From Desulfatiglandales bacterium (GTDB lineage: Bacteria > Desulfobacterota > DSM-4660 > Desulfatiglandales > HGW-15), in contig CAXXJJ010000001.1 in NCBI GenBank assembly GCA_963667015.2, forward strand, positions 1 through 64,000: a stretch of DNA of 64,000 bases, in the 5' to 3' direction. How positions within the stretch are numbered: position 1 is the first letter of the stretch; the number at the start of each line of letters is the position of its first letter. Below the pieces are notes generated by a model. That model was given only the letters and a program-made list of their open reading frames with translations, was not told the origin of the DNA and searched no databases. A program made the translations under genes and the position numbers. Positions 18,473-28,778 of the stretch are shown here, one piece after another.

Positions 18473-20482
18473 TTAGTCTGATTGTTTAGTATGCTTCAAT
18501 TCGGGCGGCATTTGTTTACCCAGCTTTCGGTATTCATCAGAAAGAGCCTGTATCATATCTTTAAGATATATTTTTCTTTCCTTACTTTTAGCAATGACTG
18601 CTGCGGTAAGCACTATGTTTCGTATATGCCCTCCCGTCAGGTTGCACTGCACGGCAAGCTGGTTGATATTGGCAAGGCTTAGCTCATGATATGAGCCAAG
18701 ATGGCTGAGCCATATTGCCCGGCGTTCCTCAGGATTCGGCAGAGGAAATTCAATCATCATGTCCAGTCTTCTGGTAAAGGCGGAATCAAACCGTGCTTTA
18801 CTGTTGCTTGTGAGTATCACCACACCGCTGTAGGTTTCTATTCGCTGTAAGAGATAGTTGGTCTGGGCATTGGCGAACCGGTCGTTTGAATCTTTAATGT
18901 CGGTTCGTTTTCCGAAAATTGAATCGGCTTCATCGAAAAGCAGCATTACTTCTTCCTGCTCGGCCTGCCCCAGGAGTTTGGCCAGATTTTTTTCTGTTTC
19001 TCCGATGTATTTACTGGTGATTGATGCAAGATCTACTCTGTAGAGGGGGATTCCAAGCCGGTTTGCAAGCCAGCTTGTTGCAAGGGTTTTTCCGGTTCCT
19101 GAAGGCCCCAAAAAGAGGGCTTTAACACCCATCTGATATCTTGCTGTTATAGTTGCTCCAAGGTCTTCTCCCAGCCTTTCTCTGAGATTGCACCGTTTTT
19201 CAAGCAGATCCAGCTGCTGCCTTGTGAAAGGGCGAACAACAAGGGCATCATCATTTACTTCTGCCTTTACGGGCTGTGCCAGGGCTGAAAGTCCGCTGTT
19301 TTCACTCAGCCATGCAGCTTGTCTTATATCTTCTATCTCTACCGCTTCTTTATTTTGATTGATGCTTTCACGTTTTGCCAGACCGGTAAGTTCAATGATT
19401 CGTGATGTACTGTGTATATGATCACCTGCCATTTTGGCTGAAAGAATTGAATCTTCAAGTTGAGCTTTCCAGATTTCTTTGCGTTCTTCAAGGGTTGGGT
19501 ATGGAATTATCCAGCTGCTTAAAGATCCTTTGCTGCTTTCAAAAGAACCTTCAAGGCCGGCCATAACTAGTATCGGGCCGTTATAACCTTTTATTATTGG
19601 CAGGTCGATTATTTCACCGGGGCCGCAGTAGTAGCTGAAAACAGGTAAAAGACTTTTTGCCCGGCATACAGGCCCGAGTGCTGGCAGGGCCTTTTGATCA
19701 TCATTTATGAATATGGGTTTGCTGCCGCAAAAAGCAGCAATAGAATCTGCTGTTACTGCTGATTCTTTTTTTGACCCGCATCGCAGAACCAGTATGCTGT
19801 CCGGGAGAGCCGTAAGGGCGCGTGCATGTGTTTGAGCCTGTGACCGGATGGATTCCGGAAGTTCAAAGGCAGTACAGCTGATCTGTGTGGTGGCTCCGGG
19901 CCATACAATGTTTTCACCGGAAATGCACAGCGCCAGTTCCGAAGGAATTTTTACTGCCTGCTCAGGTAATGGCGCGGTCTCGTTCAATAATTGTAATAAT
20001 CCCAGTTCTACTGACCTGCTGTTTACAATAGAGGCAAAAAAGTTTGTTTCATATTGCGGAGATACTGCAATAAAAAGAGAATTCAGAAGGCTTAAACTCG
20101 GTCGGGAACTGCCGATTGGTTTTTGCAGGTAGGCGATACATCTTCCCAGCATTGGATCCTGTTCAACCTCGTAACACAGGCCAAGCGAAAACAGTTCGGG
20201 AAAAGAGAGCTGCTGCTCATCTGAAAGCCGGGCAAGGCCTTGTTCATTTGAGCCTTGAACCTGAAATGTTTTAAGGAAAATATCCTGCAATGAGGACAGC
20301 TGAAGTTCTGTAAAGGAATTTCTAAAAGATGCCAGATACTGTGCTTCCGGTTCATTTTTAGCAAAAACCTCTTCAGGTATAAGCCCTGACATCAAAGTGA
20401 AAAAAAAGTCAGTCAGTCCAATTTTGCCACCTTGATTTTCCCCTGTATCCGCATAGTTGTTTATATTGAGAGCTTCAGACAT
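18473..20482 (-). CDS. eCIS AAA+ ATPase (Afp15/Pvc15-like)
   Basis: GPSGTGKT, YRVDLASITSKYIGETEKNL, LLFDEADSIFGKR, DRFANAQTNYLLQRIE; ATG at 20482 with RBS. Confidence 0.92.
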   Translation of the reverse strand: MSEALNINNYADTGENQGGKIGLTDFFFTLMSGLIPEEVFAKNEPEAQYLASFRNSFTELQLSSLQDIFLKTFQVQGSNEQGLARLSDEQQLSFPELFSLGLCYEVEQDPMLGRCIAYLQKPIGSSRPSLSLLNSLFIAVSPQYETNFFASIVNSRSVELGLLQLLNETAPLPEQAVKIPSELALCISGENIVWPGATTQISCTAFELPESIRSQAQTHARALTALPDSILVLRCGSKKESAVTADSIAAFCGSKPIFINDDQKALPALGPVCRAKSLLPVFSYYCGPGEIIDLPIIKGYNGPILVMAGLEGSFESSKGSLSSWIIPYPTLEERKEIWKAQLEDSILSAKMAGDHIHSTSRIIELTGLAKRESINQNKEAVEIEDIRQAAWLSENSGLSALAQPVKAEVNDDALVVRPFTRQQLDLLEKRCNLRERLGEDLGATITARYQMGVKALFLGPSGTGKTLATSWLANRLGIPLYRVDLASITSKYIGETEKNLAKLLGQAEQEEVMLLFDEADSIFGKRTDIKDSNDRFANAQTNYLLQRIETYSGVVILTSNSKARFDSAFTRRLDMMIEFPLPNPEERRAIWLSHLGSYHELSLANINQLAVQCNLTGGHIRNIVLTAAVIAKSKERKIYLKDMIQALSDEYRKLGKQMPPELKHTKQSD

Positions 20483-20484
20483 AA

Positions 20485-22137
20485 TCAGATTACTTCCTCT
20501 GTATAATGAATCTGGAAAACACGACCGAGCCATGGAATCCAGCCGGGGTTGATATCCAGACCTGCTGATCTGATATGAATATCTATCGTCCTGATAGATG
20601 CTGTAATATCCATGTGGGTTTCGGTAATTGCTATATAAGCGGGTCGTTTTATAAAATCACTAACAGACATTCCGCCTGATCGCTTGAGAACATACCTGGA
20701 AACAGCAGTAAGAAAAAGATTAAGCATCTGTTTTAAATTCAAAGGCTTCATTGGACTGCGCGACAGGGGTGAGTTGAAATACTCCTGATTATGAGGGTGT
20801 ATTTTTTCAATAATATTGCTGTAAGTGAAAGGGAAATGAGCTGATTCTATTTCATTCATTATATCCTTAAAATTACTTAAAAACCCTGCGGCAATATCTT
20901 TTTGAGGAATCTTCTGCCATCCGGCAATACTCCACAGAATTGCTTCCTGAAGGGAGCCTGCCGGATAGTCAGGATGACCTGTAAAAACAGCTTTTATATT
21001 AAGCCGTTCCAGGACGTTGATTAATAATGGAAATCCGGAATATGAAGAAAACGTGCCTGCAAATGGATGACAAGGAGTTTGCTGGTCAGGCAGTTGAATA
21101 TCTGTATCGTCTGTTATGCCATACTCTAAAACTGCTAAATTCTGTGTAGGTTCAGAAAATGCATTTGATCTATCAGAAACCGGGTCTTTTTCTATTCGGG
21201 TATTATCAGGTGGGATTCCTTCATGATGAGGGGTTTTAAAAAAAGATTCAGTAGAGGATGGATAGTCCTGTTTTTCTTCAGTAAGTTTATGTGAAGTGGG
21301 GGATGTTGATTTTATTGGGTGTACGGTAGAATTGTTAATCGATATTTGATTCAGAATCTCTGACAGCTTCCTGTTCAGGGCGCTATGTGTTATTTTCTGA
21401 TCGTTCCTCACAAGTACAAGAGAGGCAAAAAATACAGTGCGGCTGTCTTTTATGCCCCACCTGCATATAGCCTTCTCTATAATACGATCAACTGCATCCG
21501 GGAAATATAGGTGATCATCCTTTTTTATATTATCAGGTGTATTCTCAGCTTGGCCAATATTTTTAAAAGGTTCAAGCTCCAGAAATGAGAGCAGTGTGCT
21601 GCACTGTTTTTCTTCAAGATAATCAATAATCTCTAATATATTTTCATCATGAAAACACTCATCCAGAACGTAAGCAAGCCCTGATATTCCGTTTTTTTTC
21701 TGTATAACCTGAGAAATAATATTCTGGATATTTTTTTGAATCGGCTCTTCAGCAGAATATCCTTTTACAGCAGCCTGCCAGAACCATTCATCCGGCAGAT
21801 GTCCGCTGATCAGTTTTTGGGTAAGGATACGGCAGGGTTCAAGCTCGTCAGGAAACCATACTGCTGTATAATGACCCTGTGGTTCTGATCCAGTACCTAT
21901 GCGAACCAGGCGGAGGTTTCTTGTGAAGGATTCTATTCTGGCTGCAAGAAAAGAGGCGTTGACACTGCCCGAAAACCTTCCGAGGTCCATGGACTTGATA
22001 TATACAACGCCGTTGGGAGGAATGCCCTGAAAGGAGGCGGTTCTCAGTGAATCCTCAATCAGGAATGTTATGCGGGTAAGGAGACTCTTTTCTCCGGTTC
22101 GAATCCTGAGCTTCCGGACAAGGCAGTCTGTATGCAT
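20485..22137 (-). CDS. eCIS tape-measure-like protein (Afp14-like)
   Basis: C-terminal IRSAGLDINPGWIPWLGRVFQIHY; position immediately before the ATPase. Confidence 0.7.
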   Translation of the reverse strand: MHTDCLVRKLRIRTGEKSLLTRITFLIEDSLRTASFQGIPPNGVVYIKSMDLGRFSGSVNASFLAARIESFTRNLRLVRIGTGSEPQGHYTAVWFPDELEPCRILTQKLISGHLPDEWFWQAAVKGYSAEEPIQKNIQNIISQVIQKKNGISGLAYVLDECFHDENILEIIDYLEEKQCSTLLSFLELEPFKNIGQAENTPDNIKKDDHLYFPDAVDRIIEKAICRWGIKDSRTVFFASLVLVRNDQKITHSALNRKLSEILNQISINNSTVHPIKSTSPTSHKLTEEKQDYPSSTESFFKTPHHEGIPPDNTRIEKDPVSDRSNAFSEPTQNLAVLEYGITDDTDIQLPDQQTPCHPFAGTFSSYSGFPLLINVLERLNIKAVFTGHPDYPAGSLQEAILWSIAGWQKIPQKDIAAGFLSNFKDIMNEIESAHFPFTYSNIIEKIHPHNQEYFNSPLSRSPMKPLNLKQMLNLFLTAVSRYVLKRSGGMSVSDFIKRPAYIAITETHMDITASIRTIDIHIRSAGLDINPGWIPWLGRVFQIHYTEEVI

Positions 22138-22178
22138 TGGAAACTCCCGGGGCCCTTAAAATAGTGTATGGATGAGCG

Positions 22179-25100
22179 CTAACTAAAAAATACCTGTTTG
22201 CTTTGAGTAATAGACTTGTAAAACTTGACCTGTGCTCCCTGTTCAAGTGAAAAGATATTCGCTGCACCTGAAATATTGGTCACTTTTATTCGGGCTGACC
22301 CATGCGAGATATCTTCAACCTTTCCCTGGACCGCAACCTTGTTATTGTTGAAAACAGTTGCAAGCATTCCGATTTTAATATCACCCTTATCAACAACCAT
22401 ATCTACCATGTCGCCGGAACGGCCCTGTGCAGGCGCAGAAAGGTGACCGCTTATGAGACTGCTAACCGGTGCATGGCTGGCAAGCAGGATACAGACTCTC
22501 ACCAGATCATTCATGAGTTCTTCTGCCTTTGGAATGTTAATATCGATCTGTTGAAAGAGCCAGTCCACCAAATTCTGCAGATCTCTGCGCATAACTGCTT
22601 CGACCTTATCCCAGGCCGGGAGAGTATCAAGATGCTGCAGTTTGATCGGATCATCAAATATACTGATCTTATTGGCCCATTGGAGCCGGATAGCCGGTTT
22701 TAACTCACAGCATCTGTTGTATAGACAGACAGCAATGTCTTCCATGTCTTCAAGGATTGCGGCAGCCCTGCTGGCAATAGCAGATTTTCCCTTTCCGGAT
22801 GAAATAAGATCAGCAAGGGAAAGTTCATTTTCTGCTTTTTTCTTAATCGCCTGCCAGGGTAATATTGATATTTTTTGTATATCAATATTGGCCTTTACAA
22901 GGCTTGCCTGTTTTTTTGTCTGCTGATGGGTGTAAACAACCTTTTTTGCGGCCATTGAAAATTGTCTAGAGCTGTATACCCTTGTAGCAAAATCGGAAGC
23001 CGGTAACCGAATAGAAGCAATATTCTTTGAACGAAGCGAGGCCTGCTTATAAATGCTTATAAAATGGGTAACAGAGGTAATGGACAACAAAAGAGGCATG
23101 GCGCGGCTAAGCCAGGATACAGGAATTTCACGGAAGGTATCGAGCATATCTTCAAGATCATCTGTCGCTTCATAGTCTTCTTCCAGGCAGGCTGCGACCG
23201 GACTTTCATAAACACCGTAAAGCTTTACTGATGGAGTGTCACAACGCGCCTCAACCAGCCGCGGGCGCACATATGCAAGGACATTTACATATTCATCAAG
23301 GATCTTCATACGCCGGGCATTGATGTTGTCTATGCGGCTTTTTTCCTCCTCGAACAAAGAACGGGTAACCAGGGCATCATGCCGCAGCACGGCAAGCTTA
23401 TCTTCTATTTCACTGATTGCATCTTTCCATTTTTTTGAATTTATAGCCAGTTTGTTTAATGCAGTCTGGCATTGTGTTACTGCAAGCCTGTATTGACTAA
23501 GTTTTTGATCAACCACCCGCATTGCTTCAAGTGCATGTTCAAGGGCTGAAACTCCGGCCGAAAAATATCCGGCTTCATCATCATCAGTAGGGTCAGGATC
23601 AAACAACCCTTCACGTATATTTTTGCTCAGCACCGCCTTTTTTAAAGAAACCTTATTGTGCCCTGCTTCATTTTTTAACGCCGCGTTCAGGCTGTTGATC
23701 TGGGCCTGAGTTATATCGTTTTCAGTAAGTGTGGTTTTCTCTTCTTCTGTTAAAGGAGTTATTATAAGTGCGATAAACTGGTCCGAATTAACCTCGAAAT
23801 TTACCGGTTTTCTTGCGCGTTTTTCAATAATTTCAGTCCGTATTACAGGATCGAATTTATCTCGAAAAGTTTCGTAGCTTGAGCCGAAAAATACTGCCGT
23901 ATCTGTGGGCGCTATTGTAACCTCATCAATTATCTGCAAAGGAATTTTACGGAGGGCTTCAAATATATCCGCCTTGGTAGCTACGGCTTTTCGTTTGATC
24001 TCCATGGCCGGAGATTCGTATACTCTTTCAATTATTTTTTTATCCCTAAGGATGCCTTTCCATTTAAAGGTGTTGGCCGGAACAATGTAATTGGTTTTTA
24101 CATAAAGGGGCAAGGTATTGTACAGCAGGTTATTAGGTGATGCTGCACCAGTAACGATATTGGGCTGGGCAAGCATTGAGATTGCCTTGTTATCTGCACT
24201 TCCCCGCAGTGTGATGCTGTCTGTGTTAAGATCATCATTGTTTGATACAACATTATCCGTATTATTAACTGCTTCAGCCGCAAGATTTGTAAAATATTTT
24301 TCAACATCATCCACCGTCGGGGTGCGTGTCTGGCCTTCCACAATCATGCCCATGGCAGGAGATGTGGCAAGACGTGAGGCCTTAATGTTTCCGAGCATCA
24401 ACTGTCGAAGCCTGTATATCTCCGCTTCGGTTTTAACATATTTCGCGCTCACATATTCTTCTGATGTATCAATGTCATTTATCAGACTCTGTATATAATC
24501 TTCCAGGCCATCGAATGCGTCAGTTCCGACATTATCAGGGGCAATTTCCTGGTAATCTTTCCAGTAAATAGTTGTATTGTCTTCAAGCCAGTTTCTGAGC
24601 TTGCTGATTATTATATCTGCGGAATTACCATAATCAGTTATTCCTTCTTCATGGGGAACAACAGCAGGAAATTTTTGCTCATCCGGTATTGCATCAGGAT
24701 CTGATGCATCAAAGACCGGAACATCAAGAATATTTATAGCTCCAATTACATGGCTCGCCTGATTTCTCAGATAGAGCCTGTCTGCTTTTTCAATCCTGAT
24801 TTGATGAATCAGTTTCCGGAGGGTTTCAAGGAAGATCGGGTCCGGAATCTCTTTTTTAAGTAGATCCGGTTCATATACAGCCTGCGGGACAGGGACAAGC
24901 AGTTTGATTTTTTCCGGCATGTGGAGGTCAAATGGAGTCAGACCCGCTGAGGCGTTTAATGTAACCTCAAGCTGTTCTTCCGGCACAGGAACAGCGTTTA
25001 CAATGAACTGGCTCGGAAAAAAGCCTGTGCTCATAGTAGTAAAATCCATAATCTGTTTTGGCAGCAGTCCTGCGGGGGGGAGTACTTCAAAATAATCATT

Positions 25101-25976
25101 TGAAGAGGGTATGTCGGGTTTTAGCTCTTTGATATCATACAGGTGTTCAACAAGTTGTTGAATCCTTGCATTCCATAATATAGGGGTCCCGTTGGTCATG
25201 AGGATGGGTCGGACACTCATTGGCGCTCCGCCCTGCCGTACAACCGCATAACGGTCGATAAACGAGACATGACCTTCTTCGGAAATGTAAGCAAGGCCCA
25301 GGGCTATACCAGTTTCATCCCATGGCATACCGGAAAGGGGGTTTGACTGTTCGTGGTCAAATATAAGATAAGCAAGCTGATTTCGGAGCTGTGGACCTGT
25401 AACCGGGGGAATAATCCCAAGTTCCGTTGGCCATGGATAAAAGACAAGACGGCAGCTGTCAATGATCTGTTCATCCTCCAGGGCATCTCTTTCTTTGTCC
25501 CATGGACACTGGCTTTCGTTATCTGTTAAAACTTCGTCAAATATCTCGATGGGTTCAAGAACGAAAATGCCTACGCCCCGTGCCGGGGCGTCGCTTCCAT
25601 GTAAAGTGACATTATCAAGAAGGATATCTGTTGTCCTGGAAAGGCTGATATCGTCTCCGTATACGGTAAGTCCAAGTCCTTCACCTATCCTCAGCCATTG
25701 TTTGGTTTCTATGACAGATCCTTCTGAAATAAATGGCTTTTGAAAAGGTGATAGCTCAAGACCCCTGATTACTCCGGCAGAGAGTTGCCGTCCGAACAGA
25801 ATAAGGTGGCGTAAACGGTGTTTTGTGGAACGTATCAGGCTGGTATCGGTAAGTGGTCGGCCTGTGTAAAGATATGGTCTTTGTAAATAAGTATCTTCGA
25901 TCCGCCGCTGTTTTTCGGGTTCTATGCGGACAATACGTTCGCCTTCAAACCATTCTCTTTTTTTGGAAAGGATCAT
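22179..25976 (-). CDS. Large eCIS-associated protein with fibre-anchor-like N-terminus and coiled coils
   Basis: RPYLYTGRPLT...GVIRGL N-terminus; YFEVLPPAGLLP block shared with the adjacent gene. Confidence 0.6.
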   Translation of the reverse strand: MILSKKREWFEGERIVRIEPEKQRRIEDTYLQRPYLYTGRPLTDTSLIRSTKHRLRHLILFGRQLSAGVIRGLELSPFQKPFISEGSVIETKQWLRIGEGLGLTVYGDDISLSRTTDILLDNVTLHGSDAPARGVGIFVLEPIEIFDEVLTDNESQCPWDKERDALEDEQIIDSCRLVFYPWPTELGIIPPVTGPQLRNQLAYLIFDHEQSNPLSGMPWDETGIALGLAYISEEGHVSFIDRYAVVRQGGAPMSVRPILMTNGTPILWNARIQQLVEHLYDIKELKPDIPSSNDYFEVLPPAGLLPKQIMDFTTMSTGFFPSQFIVNAVPVPEEQLEVTLNASAGLTPFDLHMPEKIKLLVPVPQAVYEPDLLKKEIPDPIFLETLRKLIHQIRIEKADRLYLRNQASHVIGAINILDVPVFDASDPDAIPDEQKFPAVVPHEEGITDYGNSADIIISKLRNWLEDNTTIYWKDYQEIAPDNVGTDAFDGLEDYIQSLINDIDTSEEYVSAKYVKTEAEIYRLRQLMLGNIKASRLATSPAMGMIVEGQTRTPTVDDVEKYFTNLAAEAVNNTDNVVSNNDDLNTDSITLRGSADNKAISMLAQPNIVTGAASPNNLLYNTLPLYVKTNYIVPANTFKWKGILRDKKIIERVYESPAMEIKRKAVATKADIFEALRKIPLQIIDEVTIAPTDTAVFFGSSYETFRDKFDPVIRTEIIEKRARKPVNFEVNSDQFIALIITPLTEEEKTTLTENDITQAQINSLNAALKNEAGHNKVSLKKAVLSKNIREGLFDPDPTDDDEAGYFSAGVSALEHALEAMRVVDQKLSQYRLAVTQCQTALNKLAINSKKWKDAISEIEDKLAVLRHDALVTRSLFEEEKSRIDNINARRMKILDEYVNVLAYVRPRLVEARCDTPSVKLYGVYESPVAACLEEDYEATDDLEDMLDTFREIPVSWLSRAMPLLLSITSVTHFISIYKQASLRSKNIASIRLPASDFATRVYSSRQFSMAAKKVVYTHQQTKKQASLVKANIDIQKISILPWQAIKKKAENELSLADLISSGKGKSAIASRAAAILEDMEDIAVCLYNRCCELKPAIRLQWANKISIFDDPIKLQHLDTLPAWDKVEAVMRRDLQNLVDWLFQQIDINIPKAEELMNDLVRVCILLASHAPVSSLISGHLSAPAQGRSGDMVDMVVDKGDIKIGMLATVFNNNKVAVQGKVEDISHGSARIKVTNISGAANIFSLEQGAQVKFYKSITQSKQVFFS

Positions 25977-27889
25977 GATTCCAGTTCCTCTTTTTTAGAT
26001 AATACAAATGAGGCAATCTCTTTGGGGGATATCGTTGTGCTGGCGAGCATTCCTCCCAGATCCGAGGCAAAGGTTTCCAGTTCGGTATCATTAAGGGAAT
26101 AGGAGATCTTATCAAGTTCAGGGACGCAAAGCGCCTCGGCAAGTTTTGTTGCCTTTTCGGTCTTCTGATTTGCATTCCCGGTTATGATAAGGCCTTCAAT
26201 TTTTTCTATGCCTTTTCCCATCTCCCGCCCGGCAAAACGCAGACTCACACCTGCAGCATGTTTTTCATCCAGCTTTTTGGTATTTCCCAATTCTTTAAGA
26301 ACCGCCCGCATTAAGACCTGTGGTGCATTATCTCCTGCAGTTCGTTTATTCGTAAATTTTGGTATGGTCAGCAACCTGACCATTTCAAGATCTGCTGCAG
26401 CACTTCCTCTAACCTTCAGGTGCGTAAAATCATCATAAAGATTCAGCCTTCTCTGGAATCGGCGCATATCGGTTTCATCCTCAAATTCATTTGTCATTAC
26501 ATTCACGGCTGTTCCTGTAACCTCATCCTTGTAATTCAGGTTTCTGCGGCGTACGAACCAGAGTTGGGTTTGAGCAGAAATAAGAGAATTCCAGCTTACT
26601 TCGGAAAGGGCTTTTTCATTACTTCGATCAGGAATGGTAAAATCCGGCAGTTTGGAACGGTACATCTCAATGTAATCCCGGGGTTTAAACATGGATCTAA
26701 TAGGTTTTATCCTGAGGCCAACAGACTCAGGCACCTTTTTGAGGGTTTTTGTCATACCATAAAAGATCTGTCTGGGTACCGGCAGAAAAATCATTACAGA
26801 GTGCGCCGCGAGCTCATCTTCACTCCCGATAATGGGTATGGGCGGTAAAAGCAGGCTCTCTTCCACCAGTGTGGCGAGCTCGTCTTCAGGGATAACCGAT
26901 ATTTCAACATCCATTGATTCCGGAAAATAATATTGTGTAAGTGTGCTGATATCAACACTGGCAGACGGCATACGACCGGCAGAAGGCAATGATATAAAAT
27001 ACTCGGAGGCGGCAAATCTTACCCCGGGTCTTTCATTGAGGATTTCACCAATCATTTCATCGTACTGGTTAAAATGGGCACGTCTTAAATGTCTTGGCAC
27101 AAAGCTGAAACCAAGGACATCGCTGTAGACAGAGCCCATATCCCTTCGAACCATATTATTATCAACCCAGTGAACTGAACCCCTGCGAAGGTCAAGCATT
27201 GCAAGAGGCAGAGTGGAGGATGGAAGAGTGTTTTCCGAAAGCTCCGTAAAAATACTGTGTGCTATTTGAGCACGACGCTGATATGAAAGTATTGACTGAT
27301 TCGTTCCTTTTGCAAAAAGACTGACGCCCATGGGATAATCATAGGGCACAAGGGTAATAGCAGTTGCCTCGATAATATCTCCATCTTTTAATGATCTTTT
27401 TCCTTCTATATCCACGGGATAGGAGGCAGTGGGATTTGCGGTAAATGATAAAGAACGCAATGCCACTATATAAATGCCGCTCAGGGATCGCGTAGACGGC
27501 GCAGGCTTTCTGCTCAATCCCAGCTCTGCATTAAGCTGTTCTGCAAGGGGAATATTGCGGATATCTATATCTACATCATTGGGCAGAAATACGCGTTCTC
27601 CGTCAAAGGTCATACCATAGCCTTTGCTTATCCGAATACGTGTGCCCCCGCAGTCGGATACATTAAGACCTTCGCCTACTCCTGTTCCGCTGGAAACCGC
27701 AAGGTCTGCCTGGCGGGTTAAAAAATATTCACTTTCCCGGTTTAAATCATCGGCCTTTAAAAACCTGCCGTCAAACCAGCGGGGCCGTGTCCGCCTGTAA
27801 TCAATTAAGATGGAGCCACCGTTCGTGAATCGATCCAATGCGCTTACATGCACCTTGGTTCGTTCCTTGTTATAGGGTCTCAGTGTCAT
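25973..27889 (-). CDS. eCIS tail-fibre-anchor-like protein
   Basis: RPRWFDGRFLKADDLNRESEYF...GTGVGEGLNV...ISKGYGMTFDG, typical of baseplate-attached fibre N-termini. Confidence 0.65.
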   Translation of the reverse strand: MTLRPYNKERTKVHVSALDRFTNGGSILIDYRRTRPRWFDGRFLKADDLNRESEYFLTRQADLAVSSGTGVGEGLNVSDCGGTRIRISKGYGMTFDGERVFLPNDVDIDIRNIPLAEQLNAELGLSRKPAPSTRSLSGIYIVALRSLSFTANPTASYPVDIEGKRSLKDGDIIEATAITLVPYDYPMGVSLFAKGTNQSILSYQRRAQIAHSIFTELSENTLPSSTLPLAMLDLRRGSVHWVDNNMVRRDMGSVYSDVLGFSFVPRHLRRAHFNQYDEMIGEILNERPGVRFAASEYFISLPSAGRMPSASVDISTLTQYYFPESMDVEISVIPEDELATLVEESLLLPPIPIIGSEDELAAHSVMIFLPVPRQIFYGMTKTLKKVPESVGLRIKPIRSMFKPRDYIEMYRSKLPDFTIPDRSNEKALSEVSWNSLISAQTQLWFVRRRNLNYKDEVTGTAVNVMTNEFEDETDMRRFQRRLNLYDDFTHLKVRGSAAADLEMVRLLTIPKFTNKRTAGDNAPQVLMRAVLKELGNTKKLDEKHAAGVSLRFAGREMGKGIEKIEGLIITGNANQKTEKATKLAEALCVPELDKISYSLNDTELETFASDLGGMLASTTISPKEIASFVLSKKEELES

Positions 27890-28701
27890 GGTTGATCACC
27901 TCGCATTGCATTGATGAGCCAGAATAACTCGGTTGTCGATAAACTTAACAAACGGACAGAATCATCAAACAGGATATTTCCGTTTGTGTCATAGGTCATG
28001 GGGCCTTCCGTGCAGGGCAGCTGGATACGGGTCAGCAGCACACGGTTATCGGAAGTTCCGTTTAAAACATCTTCATCCCATGTTTCAGTGTATTTATGCT
28101 GCCTTATTTCGGTTAATGCATCCTGCAGGTTGAGAGAAGTTTCAGGCTCAATCGGGGGAAGACCGCGAAATGGGTCAGGGACAGGGATGTCTGCCGGCAG
28201 TTCGGTCCGTATTTCCAATTCAAAGGCGGCACTGTCCAGCAGGCGGTGATAGGTGAAGGCATCTGTTCCCTCTGTCTTTCCTCCCCCGAGGTATGGGGTC
28301 ATCCCCTGTGGACATACATTGAAACTGATGAACAAATCCACAAGAACACGGTTGATCCCACTGTTGGCAAAGCTCTCTGAAAGATCCTGCTGATTTTGAC
28401 CAATAAACCATTCAGGCGTTCTGATGCAATAAGGCATAGGCAGTTCAATCAACCGTCCGATGGGATCAAGAGCAAGCCCGGGCATAACAACTATAACATG
28501 CGGCTGGGATTCGGATGTGGTAACCTGAAGTCCCGAGACAGTGCCGCTGCCATGTAAAAAGGCAAGTGCCCTGCCTAGCCTGCCCCGTAAATAGGTCTGT
28601 TCATCCTTGAAGTCATTTTCATCCAGTAAAACACCGTTTTCATAATTTACGCGCTCGGGATAGATGCGCTTTTCCAGCGGGTCAGGAAAAGTTGAATCCA
28701 T
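27886..28701 (-). CDS. eCIS tail-fibre-anchor-like protein (short)
   Basis: RVNYENGVLLDENDFKDEQTY...GSGTVSGLQV...VMPGLALDPIGRLI. Confidence 0.65.
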   Translation of the reverse strand: MDSTFPDPLEKRIYPERVNYENGVLLDENDFKDEQTYLRGRLGRALAFLHGSGTVSGLQVTTSESQPHVIVVMPGLALDPIGRLIELPMPYCIRTPEWFIGQNQQDLSESFANSGINRVLVDLFISFNVCPQGMTPYLGGGKTEGTDAFTYHRLLDSAAFELEIRTELPADIPVPDPFRGLPPIEPETSLNLQDALTEIRQHKYTETWDEDVLNGTSDNRVLLTRIQLPCTEGPMTYDTNGNILFDDSVRLLSLSTTELFWLINAMRGDQP

Positions 28702-28778
28702 TATTTGCCTCCTGCTCTCTAAATGCTAATCTTTTATTTTTTTTGGTTTTAAAAATAGTCTTATTTGACAGGATATTT

